From the NCBI GenBank assembly GCA_905612265.1, contig CAJQRI010000037.1:26268-90267 (forward strand): 64,000 nucleotides of DNA. The letters run 5' to 3'. The position numbers and the translations under genes are program-made. A model generated the notes under the pieces. The model had not been told where the DNA came from. It made no database searches and saw only the letters and a program-made list of their open reading frames with translations. The DNA is from an uncultured Nitrospinota bacterium (GTDB taxonomy: Bacteria; Nitrospinota; Nitrospinia; Nitrospinales; VA-1). Shown here piece after piece: positions 24,916 to 33,838 of the stretch (positions within the stretch are counted from its first letter, which is position 1; the number at the start of each line of letters is the position of its first letter).

Positions 24916-27006
24916 TTAAGCCAATATATTTAACAATAATAGGGCAACAATATTGATTATTTTGATCATCGGGTTAATAGCTGGTCCAGCTGTATCTTTG
25001 TACGGATCACCAACTGTATCCCCTGTAATAGCGGCGTGGTGAGCTTCTGAGCCCTTGCCACCGTGATTACCGTCTTCAATATATTTTTTAGCGTTATCCC
25101 ATGCGCCACCACCAGCAGTCATAGACAATGCAACGAACAAACCAGTAACGATGGTGCCCATAAGCATTGCACCCAAAGCTGAGAACGCAGCTGATTGACC
25201 ACCAATTGCATTAACCACGTAATACATAACGACTGGTGCGAACAATGGAAGCATTGAAGGAAGTATCATTTCCTTGATTGCGGCTTTCGTCAGGATATCT
25301 ACACATTTTCCATATTCTGGCTTTCCGGTACCTTCCATAATGCCCGGTATTTCTCGGAACTGGCGGCGTACTTCAACAACAATAGCGCCTCCAGCCCGGC
25401 CAACAGCCATCATACCCATGGAACCAAACAAGTATGGCAACATACCACCAATGAATAGTCCAATAACAACATATGGATCTTGTAGGCTGAATGTTACGTC
25501 CAATTTCGGAAAGTAATGCTTCAAGTCTTCTGTATAAGCTCCAAACAGAACCAAGGCGGCTAAGCCAGCTGAACCAATTGCATACCCTTTAGTTACAGCT
25601 TTTGTGGTATTACCAACAGCATCTAAAGCGTCTGTTGTTTTGCGAACGTCTTCAGGAAGGTCCGCCATTTCTGCAATACCACCGGCGTTATCCGTTACAG
25701 GGCCAAAAGCATCAAGGGCAACAACCATACCAGCTAATGCAAGCATTGCAGTTGCAGCCATTGCTATACCGAATAAGCCAGCTTGCAAATAAGAAACGAT
25801 GATACCTGCACTAATTATAATTACGGGAAGCGCTGTCGCTTCCATTGATACAGCTAAACCTTGGATGACGTTTGTGCCATGACCTGTCTCAGATGCAGCA
25901 GCAATGCTTTTTACAGGGCGGTAATCGGTACCTGTATAATATTCAGTGATCCAGATAATCAAACCTGTGACAAGCAACCCAGTGATCGAGCAAACAAGCA
26001 ATTGCATACCATTGATGTCGCGACCAGCCATGTCGTATGCTTTATCAAAACCGATGTATTTTTGAATAGTTATAGCAATCAAACCAGCAGAAATAATGGC
26101 ACTTGCAATAAAGCCTTTGTACAAAGCTCCCATAATTGAGTTATTTGAACCCAATTTAACGAACCAGGTTCCAATAACAGAAGCAATAATACATACGCCA
26201 CATACTAATAAGGGTAGAAGCATCATGCTTTCTTGTGCAGCGCCAGTGAAGTAAATAGCCCCTAAAAGCATAGTTGCAACGATTGTAACCGCATAGGTTT
26301 CAAACAAATCTGCGGCCATACCAGCACAATCGCCAACGTTGTCTCCAACGTTATCAGCAATAACGCCTGCGTTACGGGGGTCATCTTCCGGAATACCAGC
26401 TTCGATTTTACCAACCAAATCAGAACCAACGTCTGCACCTTTGGTAAAGATACCACCACCCAAACGAGCAAAGATGGAAATCAACGAGGCTCCAAAGCCA
26501 AGAGCAACCATCGCTTCTAAAATCTGGCGCATGCCTTCAGCTGAATTTGAGTCAATTATGTTGCGCAGTATGACATAATAGCCAGCAACCCCTATTAGTG
26601 CCAAGCCAACAACCAACATGCCTGTTACAGCCCCAGATTTGAACGCAACATCCAATCCACCAGCTAAACCAACACTGCGAGCGGCTTCTGTTGTCCGGAC
26701 ATTAGCACGAACAGAAACGTGCATACCTATGTAACCGGCAAGACCAGAAAGGACAGCACCAATGACGTAACCTATTGCGCTCAGCATTCCTAACCAGAAG
26801 CCAAGCAAAATACCGATGATGACACCAACAACAGCAATTGCTGTATATTGGCGGTTTAAATATGCTCCAGCACCTTCTTGAATAGCGGAGGCAATTTCTT
26901 GCATACGTTCGTTACCAGCAGGTGCTGCTAGTACGGAACGAACTGCCCAAGCACCGTAAAGCAATGCGACAACGCCACATAACAAAACTAAATAATAAAG
27001 ATTCAT
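24916..27006 (-). CDS. hppA: Membrane-bound proton-translocating pyrophosphatase, K+-independent type
   Basis: About 697 aa and highly hydrophobic. M-PPase motifs seen: [71 protein letters not shown]. The Lys in GNTTKA marks the K+-independent class. The start is set at ATG 27006 (MNLYYLVLL...), with AGAGG 8 nt upstream; the track starts at 27042. Confidence 0.93.
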   Translation of the reverse strand: MNLYYLVLLCGVVALLYGAWAVRSVLAAPAGNERMQEIASAIQEGAGAYLNRQYTAIAVVGVIIGILLGFWLGMLSAIGYVIGAVLSGLAGYIGMHVSVRANVRTTEAARSVGLAGGLDVAFKSGAVTGMLVVGLALIGVAGYYVILRNIIDSNSAEGMRQILEAMVALGFGASLISIFARLGGGIFTKGADVGSDLVGKIEAGIPEDDPRNAGVIADNVGDNVGDCAGMAADLFETYAVTIVATMLLGAIYFTGAAQESMMLLPLLVCGVCIIASVIGTWFVKLGSNNSIMGALYKGFIASAIISAGLIAITIQKYIGFDKAYDMAGRDINGMQLLVCSITGLLVTGLIIWITEYYTGTDYRPVKSIAAASETGHGTNVIQGLAVSMEATALPVIIISAGIIVSYLQAGLFGIAMAATAMLALAGMVVALDAFGPVTDNAGGIAEMADLPEDVRKTTDALDAVGNTTKAVTKGYAIGSAGLAALVLFGAYTEDLKHYFPKLDVTFSLQDPYVVIGLFIGGMLPYLFGSMGMMAVGRAGGAIVVEVRRQFREIPGIMEGTGKPEYGKCVDILTKAAIKEMILPSMLPLFAPVVMYYVVNAIGGQSAAFSALGAMLMGTIVTGLFVALSMTAGGGAWDNAKKYIEDGNHGGKGSEAHHAAITGDTVGDPYKDTAGPAINPMIKIINIVALLLLNILA

Positions 27007-27559
27007 TTTATGCCTCTGGTTAGGGTTAACCCAAATACACATAAAATGAATGCGTATGATGTAATCTTGACCTTTTGTGACATCTACTCCTCCTTCAGTA
27101 ACGATGATTGTTCAAATTTAAAACCATCTCGAATGGTGAGAATGAGATGGGAATAATACAGTAAGAACTTAGCTTTCACTATCACAAAATAGTCAGAACC
27201 ACCTCACACCTAAAGCAACTCACTCCCTCCCACGCAAAATCCTTAATAAACCGCAAGTACTCATCATGCCAAAATGATAATAAACTTTACGCATTAGGTT
27301 TACGTTAGAACGCTCCCGCAACTGCCAAAATATCACCTTTTAACGTCATCAAAGACAGCCTATTTAGGCATGTCAGTGAGGGCGAGGTTTCGGTGTAATT
27401 CCTGTGAATCTTGCCAATCAAAATAACGATTCTTAGGGTAAAACACAGAATCCATTTTGGCGAATAGGACTTGCAGTATGCCCACTTCTCTAGTAAAAAT
27501 ATATCTTTCGAGAACAAAATGGATGAGAAGCTAAAAGTGCATAAAACTTATGCGGAGTT

Positions 27560-27612
27560 ACTTAAAATCCCTCGAGGGTAACCTCGTACCGGTTCGATTC
27601 CGGTCCTCGGCA
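27560..27612 (+). repeat. Displaced copy of tRNA-Leu(UAA) nt 32-84 (anticodon loop to 3' end), att-like
   Basis: ACTTAAAATCCCTCGAGGGTAACCTCGTACCGGTTCGATTCCGGTCCTCGGCA is identical to 24054-24106. A small hairpin, CTCCC-ATAA-GGGAG, follows it. Confidence 0.9.
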
Positions 27613-27783
27613 CTCCCATAAGGGAGGGGTAACTAGCTGAATTTTTCCACTAGCCTCAAGTTTTTCCAGAGAGCATTAAAAAGCCCGGTCAATTTGACTC
27701 TTCCTAAATTAAGATATTGTCCTAATACGGAGTGAGTGTTTAACCATGAATGGATATCCATTCTACAAAATAATTCAAATACA

Positions 27784-28311
27784 ATGATTATTGATGAAAT
27801 ACCGATAGGCGAAGCACCTCCGTGGGATATCAACGTTATCATCGAGGTTCCATTTGGTCGGGAACCAGTGAAATACGAAATGGATAAGAAATCCGGTGCC
27901 CTTTTTGTGGACCGCGTCATGCACACTTCAATGCGCTACCCTTGTAATTATGGGTTTGTGCCGCATACGCTTTCTGAAGATGGTGACCCTATAGATATTT
28001 TGGTGGCATCCCCTGTAGAGTTTTTGTCCGGTTGCGTTGTTCGTTGCCGACCTGTCGGGGTTCTAAAAATGAAAGATGAAAAAGGGGCAGATGAAAAAAT
28101 TCTGGCTGTTCCGGTTGATGCCTTGAACCCTTATTATGTAGATGTCAAAGAATACACTGATTTGCCTGAAATCCTGCTAAATCAAATAACTCATTTTTTT
28201 GCGCACTATAAAGATTTAGAGTCAGAGAAATGGGTCGAATTGGAGGGTTGGGAAGATGCAGAGCATGCAGCTGGGCTAATCAAACAAGCCATTGAGCGAG
28301 CATCTTCTTAG
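27784..28311 (+). CDS. ppa: Soluble inorganic pyrophosphatase, family I
   Basis: It aligns by eye along its whole length with E. coli Ppa as recalled from memory: VIIEVP...[15 protein letters not shown]...YPCNYGF...DGDPIDILV...[21 protein letters not shown]...[19 protein letters not shown]. The start is set at ATG 27784 to match family length; the track starts at 27736. Confidence 0.93.
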   Translation: MIIDEIPIGEAPPWDINVIIEVPFGREPVKYEMDKKSGALFVDRVMHTSMRYPCNYGFVPHTLSEDGDPIDILVASPVEFLSGCVVRCRPVGVLKMKDEKGADEKILAVPVDALNPYYVDVKEYTDLPEILLNQITHFFAHYKDLESEKWVELEGWEDAEHAAGLIKQAIERASS

Positions 28312-28361
28312 GGTCTAGCTTCAAAGAATCAAATCTCTGCTTTTGATGGTTTTCCTAAGTG

Positions 28362-28937
28362 ATGTACAAACAGCTTCTTGGCGCTATTGCAATCGGGCTA
28401 ACAATCATTGCGTATTATCCCTATATACGTTCCATCATTCAGGGAAAAACAAAACCACATGTTTTTTCCTGGGTAATCTGGGGTACTTCCACATGCATTG
28501 TCTTTCTGGCTCAGCTTGCAGATAAAGGAGGGGCGGGTGCTTGGGTTATAGGGTTTTCCGGCATTATTTCCATCTATGTTGCATTTTTGGCCTATATCAA
28601 AAGGTCAGACAGCAGCATCACCCGAATAGATGGGCTGTTTTTTATAGTGGCCATGACCGCTCTGCCAATATGGTATCTGACCTCTGACCCGTTGTGGGCC
28701 GTGGTGATATTGACCACGGTCGATGTGCTTGGGTTTGCCCCTACCTTTAGGAGGTCATACATTCTTCCTTTTGAAGAGCAGTTGATGTTTTATGTGGTCA
28801 TGGCATTGCGTAACCTTGTTGTCGTTTCAGCCTTGGAAAACTATTCCCTGACGACCGTGTTATTCCCCTCCACGATAGCCGTAGCCTGCCTGATATTTTC
28901 CCTAATGGTGGTGTATCGAAGGCGAGTGCTGACCTAA
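28362..28937 (+). CDS. Integral membrane protein, about 6 TM, unknown function
   Basis: About 191 aa with repeated hydrophobic helices (LLGAIAIGLTIIAYYPY, VFSWVIWGTSTCIVFLA, WVIGFSGIISIYVAFLAY ...). No family recognised. Confidence 0.55.
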   Translation: MYKQLLGAIAIGLTIIAYYPYIRSIIQGKTKPHVFSWVIWGTSTCIVFLAQLADKGGAGAWVIGFSGIISIYVAFLAYIKRSDSSITRIDGLFFIVAMTALPIWYLTSDPLWAVVILTTVDVLGFAPTFRRSYILPFEEQLMFYVVMALRNLVVVSALENYSLTTVLFPSTIAVACLIFSLMVVYRRRVLT

Positions 28938-29600
28938 ACTTGTATTGCTGATATAGTTTCTGGCGCTGTTGAGCTTAAACTTCTTGGGGTAAAACGGGAG
29001 TTTTAAACCACCGGGTAATGAAGGAAGGACCTTAGGTTTTTCCGGGTCGGTTGACCCGCTGAAATGATAGAAAAAATAAGGCTCCCCATAAAAAGTATGT
29101 CATTCAGTCGGGCAAACAGGAAAATTGAATAGCTGAAGGATCCATTCCAGAGCTCTGGCATTCCCTCTGAAGTCAGAATGGCCAAACCAATTTGATGAAA
29201 CAAGAGATCAAGAATGTAGGCGATGTCTGAGAATAATAATTCAATAAGTAGAAGGGCTAAGTTTAAATTAATAATAAAGGCAAGAAACAAGGGGACGATG
29301 TTTTGAACAGTCTATAATGGCACCAAACGCAAAGCCTAGGCTGAGTTGTCAGGTTTTCTCATTTGAGTTTAAAGCTTTGAAAACTCTTAAAGCTTGCCGG
29401 GTCATTAACTTGTCTTTTTTTGAGCATTATAATGGGATTTCCGATAAGGGAAAATAAATTGCCAACATAATGCCTACTCCAGTGTGCGGGAACCAGTATG
29501 AATTCGTCAAGCGGAGATAACTTTTTTCGTCAGGTAAAGGGATAGCTCGTTATACCTCTCAGGACATAAAATTTACGGAAGGGATATCACAGCCTCACAC

Positions 29601-29963
29601 CTAGTGACTCTTGTAAAGGTATTTGACGGTTTCCAGAGAAGGATAATCAGATTTTAGTTTTTCGAGTAATAAAGTGAGGGCGATGGATTGATCATCGCTC
29701 ATTTTGTCCCGATTGCCTATTACGCAAACTCCAACGCTTGTTTTATCAAGCTCAGGGTGATGAAATCCTGTTTTGGAAACATGCCTTCCCATCAAAGTGG
29801 TGCCTTCTGCCGTGATGATGAAGTGGAAGCCGATTTCAGGCTCGCCTTCAGCAAGGTGCGACTGTTTGATATCTTCGTAGGTGGAAGAATCTTCTCCGGT
29901 AAAATGAACAAGGACAAACTGAGTGTCCTTTCTTATTGCTAAAATTTTATGATGCATGGTCAA
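29601..29963 (-). CDS. Short Amidase_2 (T7-lysozyme/PGRP-like N-acetylmuramoyl-L-alanine amidase) domain protein, C-terminally truncated relative to the family
   Basis: 120 aa. FVLVHFTGE...IGFHFIITAEGTTLMGRHVSKTGFHH...SVGVCVIGN...QSIALTLLLEKLKSDYP parallels T7 lysozyme (IFVHCSAT...VGYHFIIKRDGTVEAGR...SIGVCLVGG) as recalled from memory. The ORF ends about where the second His ligand is expected and lacks the following Cys-containing segment. Confidence 0.5.
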   Translation of the reverse strand: MTMHHKILAIRKDTQFVLVHFTGEDSSTYEDIKQSHLAEGEPEIGFHFIITAEGTTLMGRHVSKTGFHHPELDKTSVGVCVIGNRDKMSDDQSIALTLLLEKLKSDYPSLETVKYLYKSH

Positions 29964-30235
29964 TTTACCTATTCGGATTATATTGTATTATAGAAAAGGA
30001 AGTGGTCCTGAATAAGGGGCGACGGGTCATGTCATGAATTTGTGTGCAGTTATTTTCTGAAAGAGATAAAAAAATCTAGAAAGCTATTTCATTGGCCACT
30101 GCTGTATCAGTTTGTGCGGTCATTGAAGTGGTCTCGCAGGGAAGCCTGCCACATCATGGATTTTTAAAATAGGAAGATATATCGTTGGAGCTGTTTCTAA
30201 ATACACCGACGGGGAAATTCTTCAAATAGCTGGTG

Positions 30236-30829
30236 CTAAGAGTAGGTGTGAACCTTGATGTTGGGATCTAATTGGGATCGGAGGTGATTTTCAATGACCC
30301 GTAATGTGCCGCCTGTGGAACTCGGACATCCCCCACAAGCACCCTGGTAACGTATTCGGACGATTTGTCCGTCCACTTCGATCACTTCTAATCCTCCACC
30401 ATCATTTGCTAGGGCAGGGCGAACTGATTCGTCAAGAACGGCTTCAACAATGATGACTTTTTCATCATCGGAAAGTTGATGATATGTTTCCATATCAAAA
30501 TCTTTAAGAATGGATGCAGAAACCTCATTATCCCCTTCCTCATACTTCCCTAAATCTGCTTCGATTATATTTTTGATCTTGTCCTTAAAAATCACCCAAA
30601 GGTCGGCGGAGGACAGAGTGACAGAAACAAAATTCTCGCGCAAGTAGACCATGTCAACGATATCAAGGGCAAACATGTTATGGGCAAAGGCATCAACTTC
30701 CAGAAAGCCACCTTCTTCAAGGGTTTTGGAGCCTTCATCAAGCACTATCTGGTTCAAAATAAATTTTACCGAACGAGGGTTCGGGGTCAGTTCGATTTTT
30801 TCAACGGAAAAAGTTTGAGTTTCCTGCAT
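30236..30829 (-). CDS. NFU-type iron-sulfur cluster scaffold (Nfu_N + NifU C-terminal domain)
   Basis: 197 aa. The C-terminal NifU-like domain has the motif RYQGACGGCPSSTGTL, preceded by VRPALANDGGGLEVIEVDG. The N-terminal roughly 90 aa resemble the Nfu_N domain. Confidence 0.8.
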   Translation of the reverse strand: MQETQTFSVEKIELTPNPRSVKFILNQIVLDEGSKTLEEGGFLEVDAFAHNMFALDIVDMVYLRENFVSVTLSSADLWVIFKDKIKNIIEADLGKYEEGDNEVSASILKDFDMETYHQLSDDEKVIIVEAVLDESVRPALANDGGGLEVIEVDGQIVRIRYQGACGGCPSSTGGTLRVIENHLRSQLDPNIKVHTYS

Positions 30830-31076
30830 GGTTTTTCCTTAGTGAGGATTAGTCTTTGTTTTCAAAGATAAGATGGGTTTTCAGCAGATCAGGTTCAAAA
30901 AACTTTTTTTCTTATTTGCTATTCGGGAAGAACACACCTTTATAAAGGATTATACGGGCTTTATATTAAATATAAAAAGGTATGTTTATCATTTATATGG
31001 ATTATTGAAAATTACTGGGTTTGGCGATATTGATGGAAAAGGTTTGTCAGTCGCATGCTCCTCCTCCTCGGCATCC

Positions 31077-31346
31077 CGGGTTGAAATCTTTGCAGACCTC
31101 GAACCACATTTAATTAACGAGGAGCGGGTGCTTTTCCCACTGATAGTAAAATTAGAGGGCGATACAAGGGTTACAAATGCAAGCCACAACAGGGGCCAAT
31201 TCGGGTCATCTGTCATGAACATGACGAGGCAACTGTTAAAGAAAATGTGTAAGGGGTATGTTGCACCAGAAGACGACTGCCAGTCCTTTTGTTATAAAAG
31301 GGTACCTCTAAAAACAGCAATCTATCATACTGCTTATCATTCTTGA
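31077..31346 (+). pseudogene. Remnant of a RIC/YtfE/ScdA-type di-iron (haemerythrin-like) Fe-S repair protein
   Basis: IFADLEPHLINEERVLFPLI ... GQFGSSVM ... KGYVAPEDDCQSF parallels YtfE ([20 protein letters not shown]...MGPISVMESEHDEAG...PPPEAC) as recalled from memory. The conserved EHDEA is present only in a different frame (cat gaa cat gac gag gca). This implies two local frameshifts. The N-terminal half of the family is absent. Confidence 0.55.
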
Positions 31347-31495
31347 GGAGCAACAGGCGACGTAGAATCTCTTAACACTTAATAAGTCAAAGGTTAGGTT
31401 CTTCACTCCGCTCAGAATGACAATATTTAAAACAGATTGCTCGCAAAAAAATAAATTTTTAGAGGTGACCTTAAGTTAAATACTTTTGCGCCAGA

Positions 31496-32467
31496 TTAAT
31501 ATTTTCCGCGGATATGCGGGGAGACATCTTTAAAATAAAAATCACTCAGAACCCTATGTGTTTCTTCTGTCAATGGAGGCAATGCGCTGGCCGCGCAATT
31601 GTTCGCCACCTGTTGGGGAATTTTAGAACCGGGAATTACAACAGTGACTGCATCAAAATCGAGAACCCATCTCAAGGCGAACTGCGATAGATTTTCCGGC
31701 GTGATATTTTTCAAACCTTCTACAAGTTCGACTCCTTTTTCAAAGGGAAGACCAGAAAAAGTTTCTCCTACATTAAACTCCTGTCCATCACGGTTGAAGT
31801 TGCGGTGATCGTTCTTGGCAAACTTCGACTCTCCATTTAATTTTCCGGAGAGAAGGCCAGAGGCGAGTGGCAGGCGGACAATAATAGCCACCTGTTTTTC
31901 TTGCGCTTCTTTGAAAATGGCGGTAATGGCTTTTTGGCGAAAAACATTGAAAATAATTTGTAATGAGGCCACCCCTTCTTGCTGTAGGCAGATTTGAGCC
32001 TCTTCCATTGACTCCACGCTGAATCCGTATTGTTTTATTTTACCTTCCTGTTTCAAGGTTCTCAGCCAGCCAAACACCTCTCCCTGCCGCAAAAGGTCGG
32101 TAGGCGGGCAGTGTACCTGGGTCAGGTCAAGGCATTCCAAGCCCAGGCGTTTAAGGGAGTCTTCTGTGTGTTTGCGAAACTGATCTTGAGAGAAATTGTC
32201 TGGCCAACCGGGTCGAGGGAACCTGCCCAGTTTGGTGGCGATCACTACTTCAGAAGATAAGGTTTTAACAAACCTGCCAAGTCGGGTTTCTGAAAGACCT
32301 TCTCCATAGCAGTCGGCGGTATCAAAAAAATTCACCCCATTTTCAACAGCAGTTGCGAGAACTTTTTCGGCGGTGGAATCATCAACATTCCCCCAGTCAG
32401 CTCCAAGCTGCCAGGTGCCCAGCCCAATTTCTGAAACATTGATTTTGCCAAATTTTCGGTATTTCAT
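31496..32467 (-). CDS. Aldo/keto reductase family oxidoreductase
   Basis: 323 aa. Motifs: MKYRKFGKINVSEIGLGTWQLG, GVNFFDTADCYGEG (catalytic Asp/Tyr region), HCPP, and a C-terminal IPGSK. Confidence 0.85.
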   Translation of the reverse strand: MKYRKFGKINVSEIGLGTWQLGADWGNVDDSTAEKVLATAVENGVNFFDTADCYGEGLSETRLGRFVKTLSSEVVIATKLGRFPRPGWPDNFSQDQFRKHTEDSLKRLGLECLDLTQVHCPPTDLLRQGEVFGWLRTLKQEGKIKQYGFSVESMEEAQICLQQEGVASLQIIFNVFRQKAITAIFKEAQEKQVAIIVRLPLASGLLSGKLNGESKFAKNDHRNFNRDGQEFNVGETFSGLPFEKGVELVEGLKNITPENLSQFALRWVLDFDAVTVVIPGSKIPQQVANNCAASALPPLTEETHRVLSDFYFKDVSPHIRGKY

Positions 32468-32500
32468 GTCGTCTCACTAAAAAAATGATAAATTGGGGAG

Positions 32501-33007
32501 ATGAACTCACATTCCCTCACACGCCTGATTTGCTCCACTGGTAATAGCATTTATTATCCTGCAGCAAAAGGGATTTTAATCGTTTTTGTGTTAACCGGGA
32601 TTTTTGAGGCCCAGACAGCAGTGGCTGTGGATTTTAAAACCTATCTTCAAGGAGCTAGGTCTGAAATAACGCATCACAAGGAAAGCATTCGCGAAGACCC
32701 TCTGGATGCGATCGCTTATTTTGAATTAGGTAGGTCTTATCTTGCCCTAGGAAAACACGAAGCAGAAGTGAAAGCCTATAGGGAGGCGATCCAGCTTTAC
32801 CCCAACTACATTGGGGCACATTATAACTTGGCCATGGCGTACGATTTATTAAAGGATGGTCCGAAGTCCATCAAGCACATGCTCAGTGCCCTGAACCTGT
32901 ATCATGCTAAAAGGAACCATGCGCGGATAAGAAATGTGCAACGCCAATTAAAACGCCTATATTTAAAATATCCAAGTAAAACTATAGCTCAGGAAAAATT
33001 GGACTAA
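32501..33007 (+). CDS. Small TPR-repeat protein with N-terminal hydrophobic segment
   Basis: 168 aa. TPR-like units AYFELGRSYLALGKHEAEVKAYREAIQLYPNYIGAHYNLAMAY. Confidence 0.6.
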   Translation: MNSHSLTRLICSTGNSIYYPAAKGILIVFVLTGIFEAQTAVAVDFKTYLQGARSEITHHKESIREDPLDAIAYFELGRSYLALGKHEAEVKAYREAIQLYPNYIGAHYNLAMAYDLLKDGPKSIKHMLSALNLYHAKRNHARIRNVQRQLKRLYLKYPSKTIAQEKLD

Positions 33008-33265
33008 GAGCTTTACGTGAAAAATAATTTTTTTCCAGTAAGCATTGATTTTTATTTGATTAGTGGTTCCACCCCAATAGTGGGGATTGAAAATGCCGAC
33101 AGAATTTTTTATAGTGTCAACGATATCATGTGAATTCGCTACGGGGTCGAAAGAGCGCCTCAAAAATAAATAATAGTTCGCAGATTACCTGTAAAGTTTA
33201 CGAAAATATTTTTCCTCTAGTTTTACTCAATTGCAATACCACACTTTGAAGGCTAGTATTAAGGC

Positions 33266-33505
33266 ATGGAACAAGACTTTGAACCGTTAAAAAACCGGCT
33301 CCGAGAAATTTGTGGTCGACTGGATGAAGATGAAAAACTTTATTTCAGTCCTCTTATTGAAAAATTTAAGGGTCAGACCCAGGAGTTTCAGCGCATCATG
33401 CGTGACCTTGGCAAGTTCGGAAAAAAAATCGGAGAGGGTAGTACATTCAAGGTTTGCCGGGAAGTCCAACACCTTTTTGATGACGCGTCCCGCAAAAATA
33501 AGTGA
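33266..33505 (+). CDS. Hypothetical small protein (79 aa)
   Basis: The ORF has ordinary composition and lies directly upstream of acyP. An antisense ORF of similar size also exists. No family recognised. Confidence 0.4.
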   Translation: MEQDFEPLKNRLREICGRLDEDEKLYFSPLIEKFKGQTQEFQRIMRDLGKFGKKIGEGSTFKVCREVQHLFDDASRKNK

Positions 33506-33511
33506 CCGGGT

Positions 33512-33799
33512 ATGTTGATGAGTGTTCACCTTATTGCGCATGGCAAGGTACAAGGGGTCTGGTATAGAGCTGGTGCACGTGAGAAGGCTTTGCAACTGGG
33601 TCTATGTGGTTGGGCAAAAAATTGCTCGGATGGCACTGTTGAAATCCACGCTGAAGGAGAAAAAGGAATCCTTGAGCAGTTTATCAACTGGTGCAGAAAA
33701 GGCTCGCCGGCGGCTCAAGTCTCTTCTTTGGGTATTGAGTGGGTCGAATCTCAAGGCCTGACCAGTTTTAAAATCCGACCCACCTCCGTTGTTAACTAG
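33512..33799 (+). CDS. acyP: Acylphosphatase
   Basis: 95 aa with the family signature VHLIAHGKVQGVWYRAGAREKA..LGL.GWAKNCSDGTVEIHAEGE. Confidence 0.85.
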   Translation: MLMSVHLIAHGKVQGVWYRAGAREKALQLGLCGWAKNCSDGTVEIHAEGEKGILEQFINWCRKGSPAAQVSSLGIEWVESQGLTSFKIRPTSVVN

Positions 33800-33838
33800 T
33801 AATAACTAACTGTGTCAGCAACAATTTTCCATAGTAAA

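Larger units (their letters stand above)
24107..27559. mobile_element. Remnant tRNA-integrated island (decayed integrase + hppA) between tRNA-Leu and its displaced 3' copy
   Basis: It is bounded by the 3' end of the intact tRNA and an identical 53-nt copy of tRNA nt 32-84 in direct orientation. An integrase remnant abuts the tRNA end. Confidence 0.55.

Noticed and set aside
27305-27926. Minus-strand ORFs 27305-27517 and 27633-27926 between hppA and ppa
   Set aside because: They have no motifs and unusual composition. The second overlaps the ppa 5' end, and the area contains the tRNA 3' copy. The stretch is better explained as non-coding island remnant or promoter region.
29003-29290. 95-aa hydrophobic minus-strand ORF
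   Set aside because: It is AT-rich low-complexity Leu/Ile/Phe sequence with no SD and no recognisable family. This is insufficient to call a gene.
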